Below, piece by piece: positions 23,815 through 36,734 of a stretch of DNA of 64,000 nucleotides. Under the pieces are notes generated by a model, which saw only the letters and a list, made by a program, of their open reading frames with translations, did no database searches and had not been told where the DNA came from. The stretch spans positions 76,694,001 to 76,758,000 of the forward strand of contig CM069135.1 of the NCBI GenBank assembly GCA_035221665.1, written 5' to 3'. Made by a program: the position numbers and the translations under genes. Positions within the stretch are counted from its first letter, which is position 1. The number at the start of each line of letters is the position of its first letter. The stretch is from Okamejei kenojei. Its lineage: Eukaryota.

Positions 23815-24230
23815 GTACAGTGTGGAAAGAGGCCCTTCGGCCCAATTTGCCCACACCGGCCAACATGTCCCTGCTACATTAGTACCACCTGTACGAGTTT
23901 GACCCATAAACCTCCAAACCTGTCCTATCCATGTACCTGTCTAGCTGCTTCTTAAACATTGGGGTAGTTCCTGCCTCGGCTGCCTTCTCTGGCAGTTTGT
24001 TCAATACACCCACCACCATATGTATGAAACAATTTATCCCTTAGATTCCTTTTAAATCTTTTCTCCTTCACCTTAAACCTGTGTCCTCTCATCCTCGACT
24101 TGCCAACTCTGGGCAAGAGACTCTGTGCATCTACCCAATCTATTCCTCTCGTGATTTTATACACCTCTATAAGATCACCCCTCATTCTCCTGCACTCCAA
24201 GGAATAGAGTCCCAGCCTACTCAATCTCTC
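23815..24230 (-). mobile_element. CR1 3' fragment
   Basis: ORF 23952-24344 reads RLSRLGLYSLECRRMRGDLIEVYKI. Confidence 0.85.
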
Positions 24231-24869
24231 TGCAATGTAACTGCAGTTCAAGGAATGATTGTGAATACACTTGCCTGGATGAGACCAGCCAACAACAGCA
24301 AAGAATCCTATAGGAATTGAGGAATCAGTGCAGAAATATGGCATTGAAGCAAGAAAGAAAATTCAGCCATGATCTTGTTCCTTATGTTCTTTCCGTGCAC
24401 ACAAATATTGTGACAGGATCCAGTGCAGGGTTAATTTCAAATTGTTTGTATCCTTATAAGGAACATTTGGATCGATTTGTCACCGTTGGAGACAGTTGGA
24501 GTGTAACTGTTTTGTACGCACTTTTCTCCAGTTTCTATACCAAAACGTGGTGTGCCATAATTTTATTGCCTCCTTTACGCTCTTGGATACAGCATTGATT
24601 TCACTTGTGTAGAGTCTAACAATGTTTGGAGTGTGTCTATACTTTCAATATCGAACTGTATAGTAAAGGGACCTAAGGGTATAACAATGGCTCGTGCCTC
24701 TATTTGATGTCAGATGATCGGCATTCCTTTTTGGCGAATTAGCCTTCCATGTACAAATTGCATTCAATATTATTCAAAATTATCAAAACAGTGTTGTTTT
24801 GTTGGCTCTAGAATCTGCTTATACTTGTTTGTAGATTTCTGAATGTAAAATCTGCCAAGAACGAATAAA

Positions 24870-25695
24870 ATTTGGCGGTATATTTGGAGTTGACGATGGC
24901 GTTTGAGTGGGCGCTGTCCTGTACGGCTGCCTGTCCTGCAGCTGTCTTTTTTTTTTCACTTATTATTTTTAGTAAGTTAAAAGTGTGCTAGTTGGGTGTC
25001 TAATCTTTTTATGTGTAGGGGGTGGGGGGTGGGGAAGGGGGAAACTGCTTTTCAAGTCCCTACCTGGTCGGAGAGGTTGCTTTCCTCCGGGCAGCACCTT
25101 CGACACGTCCTCGCGGCCTACCAGCGGGGCCTGGAGCGGCGTTTCCTGAGGGGACCTGGTCCAGAACCTCGGCTTCGGCGGCGGCGCCGCACTGGAGCGT
25201 TATCGCGGAGCGGGCGATGCCTGGGTCGACGCGCTGGAACTCCGGTATGCTGGGATCTGCCGACTGAAACATCACGGAGCTGCAGTCTGTGGAGTGGCCA
25301 GACGCGGGCGGCGGCGCTGTACTTTAACATCGGGAGCCTGGGATCTCTCGTCGAGATCGCCAGTGGTGGAGCTCCGTCCAGCTCCGTCCAGTTGGTTTGG
25401 AGGCTGCGGTCTCCGGTAAGGAAGCGGCTGTTCCAGGCATCCCAAGCCGCTGAGATTGTTCTCCCGATGCCAGAGGACCATCACCCAGCGAGAGGGTCTG
25501 TAACATTGGGCCACTGTAGCGGCGACTGTGGAGGCCTCAATAGGCCTGACCATGGGTGGACAAGAGGATGGGGACTGGACTTTGTGCCTTCCCCAACAGT
25601 GGGAACCATTGTAGGGGGATGTTTTTATGTTTTGATGCTGCAGGGACATCTGAATTTCCCCTGAAAAGGGGATTAATACAGTATTTATTATTATT
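24870..25695 (+). mobile_element. GC-rich non-autonomous retroelement with a LINE-like 3' tail
   Basis: Shares box ctttgtgccttccccaacagtggg and overall layout with 36898-37265, 52812-53525, 53690-54000 and 63495-64000; ends aatttcccc..gggattaatacagta(tta)n. Confidence 0.6.
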
Positions 25696-25699
25696 ACCT

Positions 25700-26170
25700 A
25701 TATAAGGTAGTTTTACTGGGCAATATTAGTTCGTATTTTGATTGGTCAAAAAACGCGCAGTTTCCAGCGGGCAATATTACTTGGTATTTTTCTTCTTCCG
25801 GGTTTCGCCATTGACTTTACGTAGAAAAACTGCAGTCAATCACAAAGATGAAATATTACGAACCCTGGGCGTACATCCGGGACACGAACCCGGCCAAAGT
25901 TCACCGCGAAGAATCAGGTCACGGCATCTAAACAAACATGGCAGCCTCCAGCAGTGCGAAATTCGCGTCTCTTGACGACGACGGAATTATTTTAATTTAC
26001 GTGGGGATAGGTAATAATTATAATATTGACTGGCTTCTTTCGGGAGACACCAGGAAATATTGCCCGCACTGAAATCATATTGCCCTCGTCTTCGACTCGG
26101 GCAATATGATTTCAGTTTGGGCAATATTCCTGGTGTATCCCTCAAGGCCAGTCAATATTATATAATAATT
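25700..26170. mobile_element. Palindromic non-autonomous element, possibly Crypton-like
   Basis: ~144-nt imperfect palindrome 26019-26162 centred on gccctcgtcttcgactcgggc; repeated GGGCAATAT motif; AT-rich flanks. Confidence 0.45.
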
Positions 26171-26236
26171 ATTATTATTATTTAATTAAAATAAAAAAAT
26201 TATGTTGGCAGGGGGGGAAAGGAACTCTATTTAAGT

Positions 26237-27081
26237 GTGTAGGAAGGAACTGCAGATGCTGGTTTACACCGAAGATGGACATAAAAAGTTGGAGTAACTC
26301 AGCGGGTCAGGCAGCATCTTTGGAGAAAAGGAATAGGTGACGTTTTGGGTTGAGACCCTTCTTCAGACTGAGTCGGGGAGGGAAACGAGATATGAAAAGG
26401 TACATGGAACACATGACTGAAAGATATGCAAAAGGACAAATCAAAGCCAGCAGCAATGATCAAGGATAAGGTGAAGCCCACAATGGTCCATTGTTGGCTG
26501 TGGGGATGGTGATAACTAGTGATGCAAATGGAGAAATTCTGAAGGACGGCAGTGAACTTAGTACGAGGACTAGGATGTGTGAGGGAAAGAGAGAGGGGGA
26601 TTTAAGGGTTATTTGAAGTTAAATCAATATTCGTACCGTTGGGTTGTAAGCTGCCCAAGCGAAATATGAGGTGTGTAGGAAGGAACTGCAGATGATGGTT
26701 TACACCGAAGATAGACACAAATTGCTGCAGTAACTCAGCGGGACAGGCAGCATCTCTGGAGAGAAGGAGTGGATGATATTTCGGAAGGGTCTCGACCTGA
26801 AACATCACCCATTCCTTCCCTCGAAAGATGCTGCCTGTCCCACTGAGTTACTCGAACATTCTGTGTCTATCTTCAAAATATAAGGTGCTTTTCCTCCAAT
26901 TTGCGTTTGGCCGCACTCTGACAGTGGAGGAGGCCCAGCACAGAATGGGAAGGGGAGTTAAAGTGTTTGGCAACCGGTGATCGCGTAGGCCAAGGAAGAC
27001 TGAGCGAAGGTGTTCAGCGAAACGATTGCCTAGACTGCACTTGGTCTTGCCAATATATAGGTCCACATCTTGAATAGCGGA
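26237..27081 (-). mobile_element. Penelope-like element 3' fragment: GIY-YIG endonuclease remnant + 3'UTR/pseudo-LTR, with a nested mini-element at 26674-26875
   Basis: LYIGKTKCSLGNRFAEHLRSV and HLIFRLGSLQPNGTNID in minus-strand ORFs; nested insert flanked by aaatatgaggtg / aaatataaggtg. Confidence 0.85.
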
Positions 27082-27264
27082 GTTTTGATGTGATGCTCTT
27101 ATACCTATGCAGGTGAAAGTCGAGGATCCATTTGCAAAGGGATGCACAGAGACCCAGTTCTGAAGGTTTCAAGAACATTACCCCTCTTTTTCACAGACAA
27201 ATGAAAGAGAAACAGGACAAAGTCAGAGAACTGTTCGAGGTGGCACTGAAAGCAAAATATCAGT

Positions 27265-28590
27265 TTGGATAGCAGTAGAAGGATTACTCCAAGTCAACAT
27301 GGATTTATGAAAGGGAAATCATGCTTGACTAATCTTCTGGAATTTTTTGAGGATGTGACAAGTAAAATGGATGAAGGGGTGCCAGTGGATGTGGTGTATC
27401 TAGATTTTCAGAAAGCCTTTGATAAGGTCCCCAGCGGGAGACTGGTGACTAAAATTAGAGCACATGGTATGGGGGTAGGGTGCTGACATGGATAGAAAAT
27501 TGGTTGGCAGACCAGAAGCAAAGAGCAGGAGTGAACAGGTCCTTTTCAGAATGGCAGGCAGTGGCGAGTGGAGTGCCGCAAGGCTCGGTGTTGGGGCCAC
27601 AACTGTTTACCATTGATATAAATGATTTGGAAGAGGGACTTAGGAGCAACGCTAGCAAGTTTGCGGATGACACAAAGCTGGGTGGCAGTGTGACCTTTGA
27701 AGAGGATGTTAGGAGGTTGCAGGAGGAGCTGGACAGGTTGAGTGAGTGGGCAGATGCGTGGCAGATGCAGTGTAATATAGATAAATGTGAGGTTATCCAC
27801 TTTGGCGGCAAAAACAAGGGGGCAGATTATTATCTCAATGGGTTTAGGTTAGGTAAGGGGGAGGTACAGCGAGACCTGGGTGTCCTTGTACACCATTCAC
27901 TGAAAGTTGGCGTGCAGGTACAGCAGGCAGTGAAGAAAGCTAATGGAATGTTAGCCTTCATAACAAAAGGATTTCAGTACAGGAGTAAAGAGGTTCTTCT
28001 GCAGTTGTATAGGGCTCTGGTGAGACCACATCTGGAGTATTGTGTACAGTTTTGGTCTCCTAATTTGAGGAAGGACATCCTTATGATTGAGGCAGTGCAG
28101 CGTAGGTTCACAAGATTGATCCCTGGGATGGCGGGACTGTCATATGAGGAAAGATTGAAAAGACTAGGTTTGTATTCACTGGAGTTTAGAACGATGAGGG
28201 GGGATCTTATAGAAACATATAAAATTATAAAAGGACTTGACATGCTAGATGCAGGAAAAATGTTCCTGATGTTGGGTGAGTGTCAGAACCAGGGGCCACA
28301 GTCTTAGAATAAAGGGGAGGTCATTTGAGACTGAGCTGAGAAAAATCTTTTTTATCCAGAGAGTTGTGAATTTATGGAATTCCCTGCCACAGAGGGCAGT
28401 GGAGGCCAACTCACTGGATAGATTTAAGAGAGAGTTGGATAGCGCTCTAGGGGCTAGAGGAGTCAAGGGATATGGGGAGAAGGCAGGCACGGGTTATTGA
28501 TAGCGGACAATTAGCCATGATCACAATGAATGGCGGTGCTGGCTCGAAGGGCCGAATGGCCTCCACCTGCACCTATTTTCTATGTTTCTA
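27265..28590 (+). mobile_element. 5'-truncated CR1 LINE (RT through 3'UTR)
   Basis: QHGFMKGKSCLTNL, YLDFQKAFD, GVPQGSVLGP, KFADDTK; stop at 28500; ttctatgtttcta tail. Confidence 0.95.
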
Positions 28591-28789
28591 AAACTGCAAC
28601 CAATAAACTTTTGTGGTCAGTATCTTGCAAGCATAGCAAAGCTTTAAAAAAAAGGAAAACGGGGTACACGTGGGCTGCATGACCTATTATTTCTATACAA
28701 CTTTTGGGGAGAGAAATTATGTATGCAGTTCATAGCTCAATGTAAGTAACCTTGAGCTGTGAGATTGTATTTACGAGCAAGAAGGAGCT

Positions 28790-29962
28790 CGGCGCAAGGC
28801 TCGGTGCTGGGACCGCAGCTATTTGCAATATGCATCAATGATTTAGATGAAGGGATTCAAAGTAACATTAGCAAATTTGCAGATGACACAAAGCTTTGAA
28901 TCTCTTCATCTAAATCTTTGATGCATATTGTAAATAGCTGCGGTCCCAGCACCGAGCCTTGTGGTACCCCACTAGTCACTGCCTGTCCATTCTGAAATGG
29001 ATCCGTTAATCCTTACTCTTTGTTTCCTGTCTGCCAACCAATTTTCTATCCATGTCAGTACTCCACCCCCAATGTATTTGAGGATGCTATGATAATGCAG
29101 GGTGACTTGGACTGGTTGGGTGAGTGGGCAGATGTATGGCAGATGCAGTTTAATGTCATTAAATGTGAGGTTATCCACTTTGGTAGCAAAAACAGGAAGC
29201 AGATTATTATCTAAATGGTGTCAAGTTGGGGAAAGGGGAAGTACAAAGGGATCTGGGGGTCTTTGTTCCTCAGTCAATGAAAGTAAGCATGCAGGTACAG
29301 CAGGCAGTGAAGAAAGCGAATGGCATGTTGGCCTTCATAACAAGAGGAGTTGAGTATATGAGCAAAGAGGTCCTTCTGCAGTTGTATAGGGCCCTAGTGA
29401 GATGACACCTGAAGTATTGTGTGCAATTTTGGTCCCCCAATTTGAGGAAGGACATTCTTGCTATTCAGGGAGTGCAACGTAGGTTTACAAGGTTAATTCC
29501 CGGAATAGCGGGACTCTTATATGCTGAGAGAATGGAGTGGCTGGGCTTGTATACTCTGGAGATTAGAAGGATGAGAGGTGATCTTATTGAAACATACAAG
29601 ATTATTAAGGGTTTGGACACGCTAGAGGCAGGAAACATGTTCCCAATGTTGGGGATCCAGAACCAGGGGCCACAGTTTAAGAATAAGGGGTAAGCCATTT
29701 AGAACGGAGACGAGGACACACTTTTTCACACAGAGAGTTGTGAGTCTGTTGAATTGTCTGCCTCAGAGGGTGGTGGAGGCCGCTTCTCTGAATACTGTCA
29801 AGAGAGAGCTAGATAATAGGGCTCTTAAAGATAGCGGAGTCAAGGGATATGGAGAGAAGTCAGGAATGGGGTACTGATTAGGGATGATCAGCCATGAACG
29901 CATTGAATGGCGGTGCTGGCTCGAAGGGCTGAATGACCTACTCCTGCACCTATTGTCTATAA
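28790..29962 (+). mobile_element. CR1 3' fragment with 5' inversion/duplication
   Basis: Forward 28790-28893, inverted 28894-29075, forward 29079-29962 ending in cacctattgtctat. Confidence 0.85.
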
Positions 29963-29967
29963 TCTAT

Positions 29968-30142
29968 AACATGGAAACAGGCCCTTCAGGCAAACAAGTC
30001 CACACTGACCAATGATCACCCCTTCACTAGTTCTATCCTACACCTTAGGGACAATTTACAGAAACCAGTTAATCTACAAACCTGCACTTCTTTCGAACAT
30101 GGGTAGAAACCAGAGCACTCAGAGAAAACCCACATAGTCATA
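29968..30142 (-). mobile_element. SINE 3' half
   Basis: catggaaacaggccc...tagggacaatttaca...gagaaaacccac. Confidence 0.7.
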
Positions 30143-30361
30143 GGTGTGCATTTATTTTTGAAATTTGCAGCTTCAAATTAAAACTGTAGTATACCTTTTA
30201 AATTACATATGGAAATAAATATTCATTCACAAAAGCTAAGGAATATTTGCACAGTTATTTACATTTTATTTCCAGTTATTTACAGAGATGAGTAATTGGG
30301 GAAATACACAGAATGTATTCCCTTCTGCCACTTTAATGCAGGCAGTGCGTGTATGCTTTTT

Positions 30362-31445
30362 CATAGAGTCATAGAGTGTGGAAACAGCCCCTTTGGTCCA
30401 ACTTGCCCACACCAGCCATTATATCCCAGCTACAATTTTCCCACCTGCCAGCATTTGCTCCATATCCCTCCAAACCTGTCCTATCCATGTACTTGTCTAA
30501 CTGTTTCCTAAATGTTGGGATAGTCCCAGCCTCGACTATCACCTATGGCAGCTTGTTCCATACATCCACCACCCTTTGTGTGAAAAAGTTACCCTCAGAC
30601 TCCTATTAAATCTTTTCCCCTTCACCTTAAACCTATGTCCTCTGGTCCTTGATTCATCTACTCTGCGCAAGAGTCGGTGAATCTACCCAATCTATTCCTC
30701 TCATGCTCTTATACACCTCTATAGGATCACCCTTCGTCCTCCTGTGCTCCATGGAATAGAGCCCCAGCCTACTCAACCTCTGCTTATAGCTCACGCCCTC
30801 TAGTCCTGGCAACATCCTCATAAATCTTCTCTGTACCCTTTCCAGCTTGACAACATATTTCCAATAGCACAGTGCCTTAACTGAACGCAATACTCTAAAT
30901 GCGGCCTCACCAATAATGTCTTACACAATTGCAACATGACCTCCCATCTTCTATACTCGATACTCTCACTGATGAAGGCCAATGTGCCAAAAGCCTTTAT
31001 GACCACCTGATCCACCAGCGACTCCACATTCAGGGAACTATGCACTTGGAGTCCTAGATCCCTCTGCTCTACAACACTACCCAGAGCCTACAATTCATTG
31101 TGTAGGTCCTGCTCATGTTAGACTCCCAAAATGCAAAACCTCCCATTTTTCTGCATTAAATTCCATCAAACGTTCCTCAGTCTACTTGGCCAATCCATCA
31201 AGATCCTGCTGCAATTTTCACAACCATCCTCACTATCTGTAAAACTGCTAACTTTTGTATCATCTGCAAACTTGCTAATCTTGCCGTATAGGTTCTCATC
31301 AAAATCATTGATATAGGTGACAAACAGTAACGGGCCCAACACTGAACCCTGAAGCACACCACTAGCCACAGGCCTCCAATCTGAGAAGCAACCTTCCACC
31401 ATCACCTTCTGCTTCCTTCCATGAAGCCAATTTTCTATCCATTCA
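30362..31445 (-). mobile_element. CR1 (HER1-like) RT fragment to 3' end
   Basis: Minus-strand ORFs EWIENWLHGRKQKVMVEG..GVLQGSVLGP..KFADDTK; LVRPHLEYCVQ. Confidence 0.9.
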
Positions 31446-32944
31446 TGACTTTGAATATCTTGAAGTACAAACTTTGCCAGTGTGTTTTGTTGGACATGTG
31501 TAAATGTTGTTTGGTTACTTGCCTTAATAAGCAGCATTGCACAGAAGATCCATGAATGCAATATAGGTGATAAGTTTGGGGTCTAGCTGCTGAGGAAGTG
31601 GCAAGACCATATTCAAGTGTAAGAGAAAAGACAATGGGCTTTTCCAGACAGTCTGATGATGGCAGGCATTAGATATGCTGACAAAGTATGCATGCCATTG
31701 GCTCTGCATGTGGAATGAGTGACGGTATTCCTGACATCAAAGACATGCTTGACGGTAGATGATAGAACAACACGGCCATGGGGGAGAATAAAAGATAATG
31801 TAACAACTAGTGGCATGATTGAATATGTATATAACACTGGTAAATTTATTAGCAGCAACATCTGCTGAATAGGATGTGTTGATTGTCATTGGGTAGAGCA
31901 AATTGCATGCTGAAATCTGAGAGCACAGAACTGCCACAAACCAATCCATCATTGTGTAAAATGTGCACTGGGAATGGATACACAAGACATTGTAGATGCT
32001 GGAAACTGGAACAAAAAAAGAACAAACCACTCGAGAAAACTCATTGAGCCAACCATCATCTGTAAAATCGAGATGAAGTGTCCTGACCTGGAATATCAAT
32101 ATACATCTCCCTCCACAGGTGCTGCCTGACACACAGAATTTCTCCAGTAGTTGTGTCATGCACTGTGAATAACTGCAGTAAGTACCTTTTTACTAAGCAC
32201 CTTTTTTCAGGATGGATTCTGCAGAGTTTAGTGAAGATGCACCACAGAATTGCCAATGGAAATAGATGGGTAGAGTTATCTACTGTAGTTGTGGACCAGA
32301 ACCATGTGCCTGTAACCATGGGTCATAAGGAATAGGAGGAGAATTAAGCCATTCTGCCCATCAGGTCCACTCCACTATTCAATCATAGATGATCTATCTC
32401 TCCTTCCTAACCCCATTCTCCTTCCTTCTCCCCATAACGCCTGACACCCGTACTAATCAAGAAACCACTGGGCATCAATTGGATCAAGACATGAGTTAAG
32501 AGGAATGGAAAATAAATACATTTATACTTGGCTAGAGTTATAACTGTTAACTCTCATACATTGTGTTCATAATTGTTTGTAAAATATTGAGTTCCACTTT
32601 AATTGGCAATTACAAAAAGTTAATATATAGATATTTATTGTGTTTTCAGTCAAGGCACCATTGTCTGTAAATTTTATATGTAAATATAAACCGGATGTTT
32701 CGGTTGCTATAGAGTATTTTTTTAGTAATAATTAAAGGATGTTTGGCTGGAAAGTATTTCCCATGTCCTGAGTTCCAAAACGGCAATGTAGAACGGGATC
32801 TGCTATGATTACAACCAGCAAAACATGTTATTTATTGAGCAAAATGCCATTTTGGAAGTAATTTGTTCATTCGTAAGGTTATTTTTGTAAAATACTTTCC
32901 ATGTAGCTTGCAAAGTATTTTGAAATGACATACTTAAATGCAAA

Positions 32945-33215
32945 TAGTTTAGTTTAAAGATACAGAATGGAAACATGCCCTTTGGCCCACTGGGTCTATG
33001 CCAATCTGTTCACATAGTTCTATGTTATCCCATTTTCTCACTCACTCCCTGCACTGCCGATTTAGAGAGGGTTTTCTAAAAAGCCCTCATGTCTTTGGGA
33101 CGTGGCAGAAGAAACCCATGCGGTCACAGGGAGAACATACAAGCTCCACACAGACAGCACCCAAGGTCAGGTTCAAACCAGGGTCTCTGGCACTGTAAAG
33201 CAGTCGCTCTACCAG
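32945..33215 (-). mobile_element. tRNA-derived SINE
   Basis: gtttagttta tail; acagacagcacccaaggtcaggttcaaaccagggtctctgg. Confidence 0.7.
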
Positions 33216-33939
33216 CTAAAGCCTTGATCATATTGAATGGCTCGAAGGGCCAAATGGCCTACTCCTGCACCTATTTTCTATGTTTCTATGTTTCTATGTA
33301 AAGGTGGACTAATGAAGATATGGAGGATTTCCATCATGTAATAATTTGTACCTGCTGGTCTCTTTGCACCATCTCAGTTCCAGTCACAGTTCTGGTGAGG
33401 GGTGCTAAGCTGTGCAGCGACTCAGCTCACAAACAGACCTCTCGGCGCCACTTCCCCCATTTATTGCAACAAAGCATTTAACAGCTTCTCTCCTTACACC
33501 ATCATTAATTATGCAACTTTCATTTGCTCATATATGGCACAAATTCTCTGCTCCATCTATTTTTCAGCAATTTGGTTAGCACGTGAAGGTCAAATAATTC
33601 AGGTTTTAGTTTGATCAATTGAGGAAACAATGGGCAAACATATGAAGTGGATGGAGGATGAAGGTTTCCATTTTGGCTTATGCTATTCTTTCAATAAATA
33701 CAAATAGCTTGGATGGAGTACTTCATTCATGATAGCTAATGCAATGTTGCCAATGGAGTATCTCTTCAGGATTGCTCATTTCTCTGGGCTATAGAAGAGT
33801 GACTGACCATCGAGTAGCTGAGCCTGTGATGATCCACCCAAAAATTATTATTTATGGAATCAAGAATAAGAGGGCATAGGTTTAAGGTGATAGGGGAAAG
33901 ATTAAATTGGAACCCGAGGGGAACGTTTTCACACAGGTC

Positions 33940-35180
33940 ATAAATGAAAGAAGTAGAATTAGGCCATTCGGCCCATCAAGTCTACTCCGCCATTCAATCA
34001 AGGCTGATCTATCTCTCCACCTAACCCCAATCTCCTGCCTTCTCCCCATAACCTCTGACACTTGTACTAATCAAAAATCTATCTATCTCTGCCTTACAAA
34101 TATCCAGTGACAGCTTCCACAACCTTCTGTAGCAAAGAATTCCACAGATTCACTACCCTCTGACTAAAGGAATGTTTCCTCATTGGGAGGTCATGGTGGC
34201 GCAGCGGTAGAGTTGCTGCCTTACAGCGAATGCAGCGCTGGAGACGCAGGTTCGATCCCAACTACAGGTGCTGTCTGTACAGAATTTGTACGTTCTCCCC
34301 GGGTCCTGCGTGGGTTTTCTGCGAGATCTTCGGTTTCCTCCCACACTCTAAAGACATACAGGTTTGTAGGTTAATTGGCTTGGTAAATGTAAAACATGTC
34401 ACTGGTGGGTGTAGGATAGTGTTAATGTGCGGGGATTGCTGGTCGGCATGGACCCGGAGGGCCGAAGGGCCTGTTTCCGCGTTGTATCTCTAAATTAAAC
34501 TAAATCTCCTTCCTAAAAGACTGTCCTTTAATTCAGAGGCTATGACCTCTAGTCCTAGACTCTCACACTAGTGGAAACATCCTCTACACATCCACTCTAT
34601 CCAAGCCTTTCACTAATCTGTATGTTTCAATGAGGTCCCCCCTCATTCTTCTAAACTCCAGCGAGTACAGGCCCAGTGCCAAAAACGCACATCCCGGGAT
34701 CATTCTTGTAAACCTCCTCTGTATACTCTCCAGAGCAGGCACATCCTTCCTCGGATATGGTGGGCAAAATTGCTCACGATATTCCAAATGCGGCCTTACC
34801 AGTGCCTTATAGAGCCTCGGCATTGCATCCCTGTTTTTGTATACAACCCCTCTTGAAATAAATGCAAGCATTGAGTTTGCTTTCTTTTCTACCGATTCGA
34901 CCTGCAGATAAACCTTTTGGGAATCCTACACCAGCACTCGTGTCCGTTTGCACCTCCGATTTCTGGATTCTCTCCCCATTTAGAAAATAGTCTACACTTT
35001 TATTCTTACTACCAAAATGCATGACTCCACACTTTGCTACACTATATTCCATCTGCCACTTCTCTGCCCACTCTCCCAAACTGTCCAAGTTCTTCTGCAG
35101 AGTCTCTGCTTTCTCTACACTCCCTGCCCTTCCACCTACTTTCGTATGATCCACAAACCTGGCCACAAAGCCTTCAATCC
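33940..35180 (-). mobile_element. CR1 3' fragment interrupted by a + strand SINE (34187-34505)
   Basis: LVRPHLEY..RRFTRMIPG, EWAEKWQMEYSVAKC; SINE ggtggcgcagcggtagagttgctgcc...ctaaattaaactaaa. Confidence 0.85.
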
Positions 35181-35575
35181 GGAGGGTGGTGGGTATATGG
35201 ATGAGCTGCCAGATGAGGTAGTTAAGACTGGAAGATAAGATTTAAAGAGTCTTGGACAGGTACAAGTATAAGAAAGATTTAGAGGGATCGGGGCCAAATA
35301 CGGACAGATGGAACTGGTGTAGATGGAATATCTTGGTCGGCATGGGCAAGTTGAGCCTGTTTCCATGCTGTATGACTGATGCATCTCTGTGAATTGATTA
35401 ATTCGTCTGCCCCACTTTCACCTTTGTTCAATGGATTTTTGGGCTTCAGTCAAAAAACAATTGAAATCTACTACATGCAAGATAACCATTCAACCCATAT
35501 TAGATCCAAGAGGAAACTAAAGCACATGATGCTATTCTGAACTTTACATTCTTTATCAGACTGTAGTTCCTGAAC

Positions 35576-35669
35576 AGACACAAAGTTGGAGTAACTCAGC
35601 AGGACAGGCAGCATATCTGGAGAGAAGGGATGGGTGACGTTTCAGGTCGAGACCCTTCTTCAGACTGAC
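35576..35669 (-). ncRNA. Penelope-derived mini-insertion with an intact minimal hammerhead-ribozyme core (35633-35668)
   Basis: Minus strand agt-CTGAAGA-a-GGGTC tc GACCT-GAAAC-GTC-acc; TSD gttcctgaac / gttcctggac. Confidence 0.6.
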
Positions 35670-35987
35670 GTTCCTGGACTTTTTTCCTTTTGAATGAATT
35701 TAATTGAGCTTTGTTGATTTGGTTTTACATGTCCAGAAAAACTCTGGAACAGTTGTATCCTTATTCATCGCTGGTGGAAACTTACTCAAAATCTGCAAAA
35801 AACCCCCATTTATTTTGATTTAAATTGATGTTGGAACATTCACATTATGCTTTTTTGGTTAGACTCTCATGCTCACTTCAACTGCGAGGTATTTGATTTG
35901 TGCAGATGGTTGCATTAGCTTCCAGCATAGGTTTAAAATCTCGTGATCTTTCTCTGCCTTTCACTGTGTCAGGGTGCCATTGATGTT

Positions 35988-36275
35988 TTAGTTTTTAGAG
36001 ATACAACGCGGAAACAGGCCCATTCGGGCCACCGGATCCGTGCCGACCAGTGATCCCCATTTATTAACACTTTCCTACACACTAGGGACATTTTTACATT
36101 TGTCAAGGCAATGTACCTACACACTTATACGTCTTTGGAGTGTGGGAGGAAACCAAAGATCTTGGAGCAAACCCACGCGGTCAGGGCAGCACCCGTAGTC
36201 GGGATCGAACCCGGGTCTCTGGCGCAGCAAGCGCTGCAAGGCAGCAACTCTACCACTGCGCCACTGTGCCGCCCT
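35988..36275 (-). mobile_element. tRNA-derived SINE, near full length
   Basis: gggatcgaacccgggtctctggcg...ctctaccactgcgccactgtgccgccc. Confidence 0.85.
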
Positions 36276-36734
36276 GTGTTATGGGATGTACTTAGAATGA
36301 TATTATAGCCATCACAGAAACTTGATTGAGAGAGCACGGCACTGGTAGCTCAATGCTTCTGGGCATCAAGGCTTCAGATTTGACAGAGGGGTGTGTAAAA
36401 GTGGTGGGGGAGTTAGGCTGCTGATTAAGGAGAATATCACAGATGCACCAAGAGAGGACTTTTGAAAGGTTCATCCTATAAGGGCATATGGGTAGAACAC
36501 GGGGATAAGAAAGGTGTGATCAATTTTAATAGGATATTCTATAGTTTCCCGATAACCTTTGGAGGCTAGAGTGACAGATGCATAGGCAGATCATGGAAAT
36601 ATGTAAAATTAACAGGGTAATTGTAACAGGTGATTTTATCTTCCCCAGTATTGACTGGGACTCTTTTAGTAAAGGGTGGTAAATAAGGCACACCACATGC
36701 TTGCCTTCATCATTTGGAGCATTGAGTATAAAAC

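Noticed and set aside
24996-25664. 222-aa GC-rich ORF as a host gene
   Set aside because: Lies wholly within a repeat family; the long ORF is explained by high GC; no recognisable domain or splice structure.
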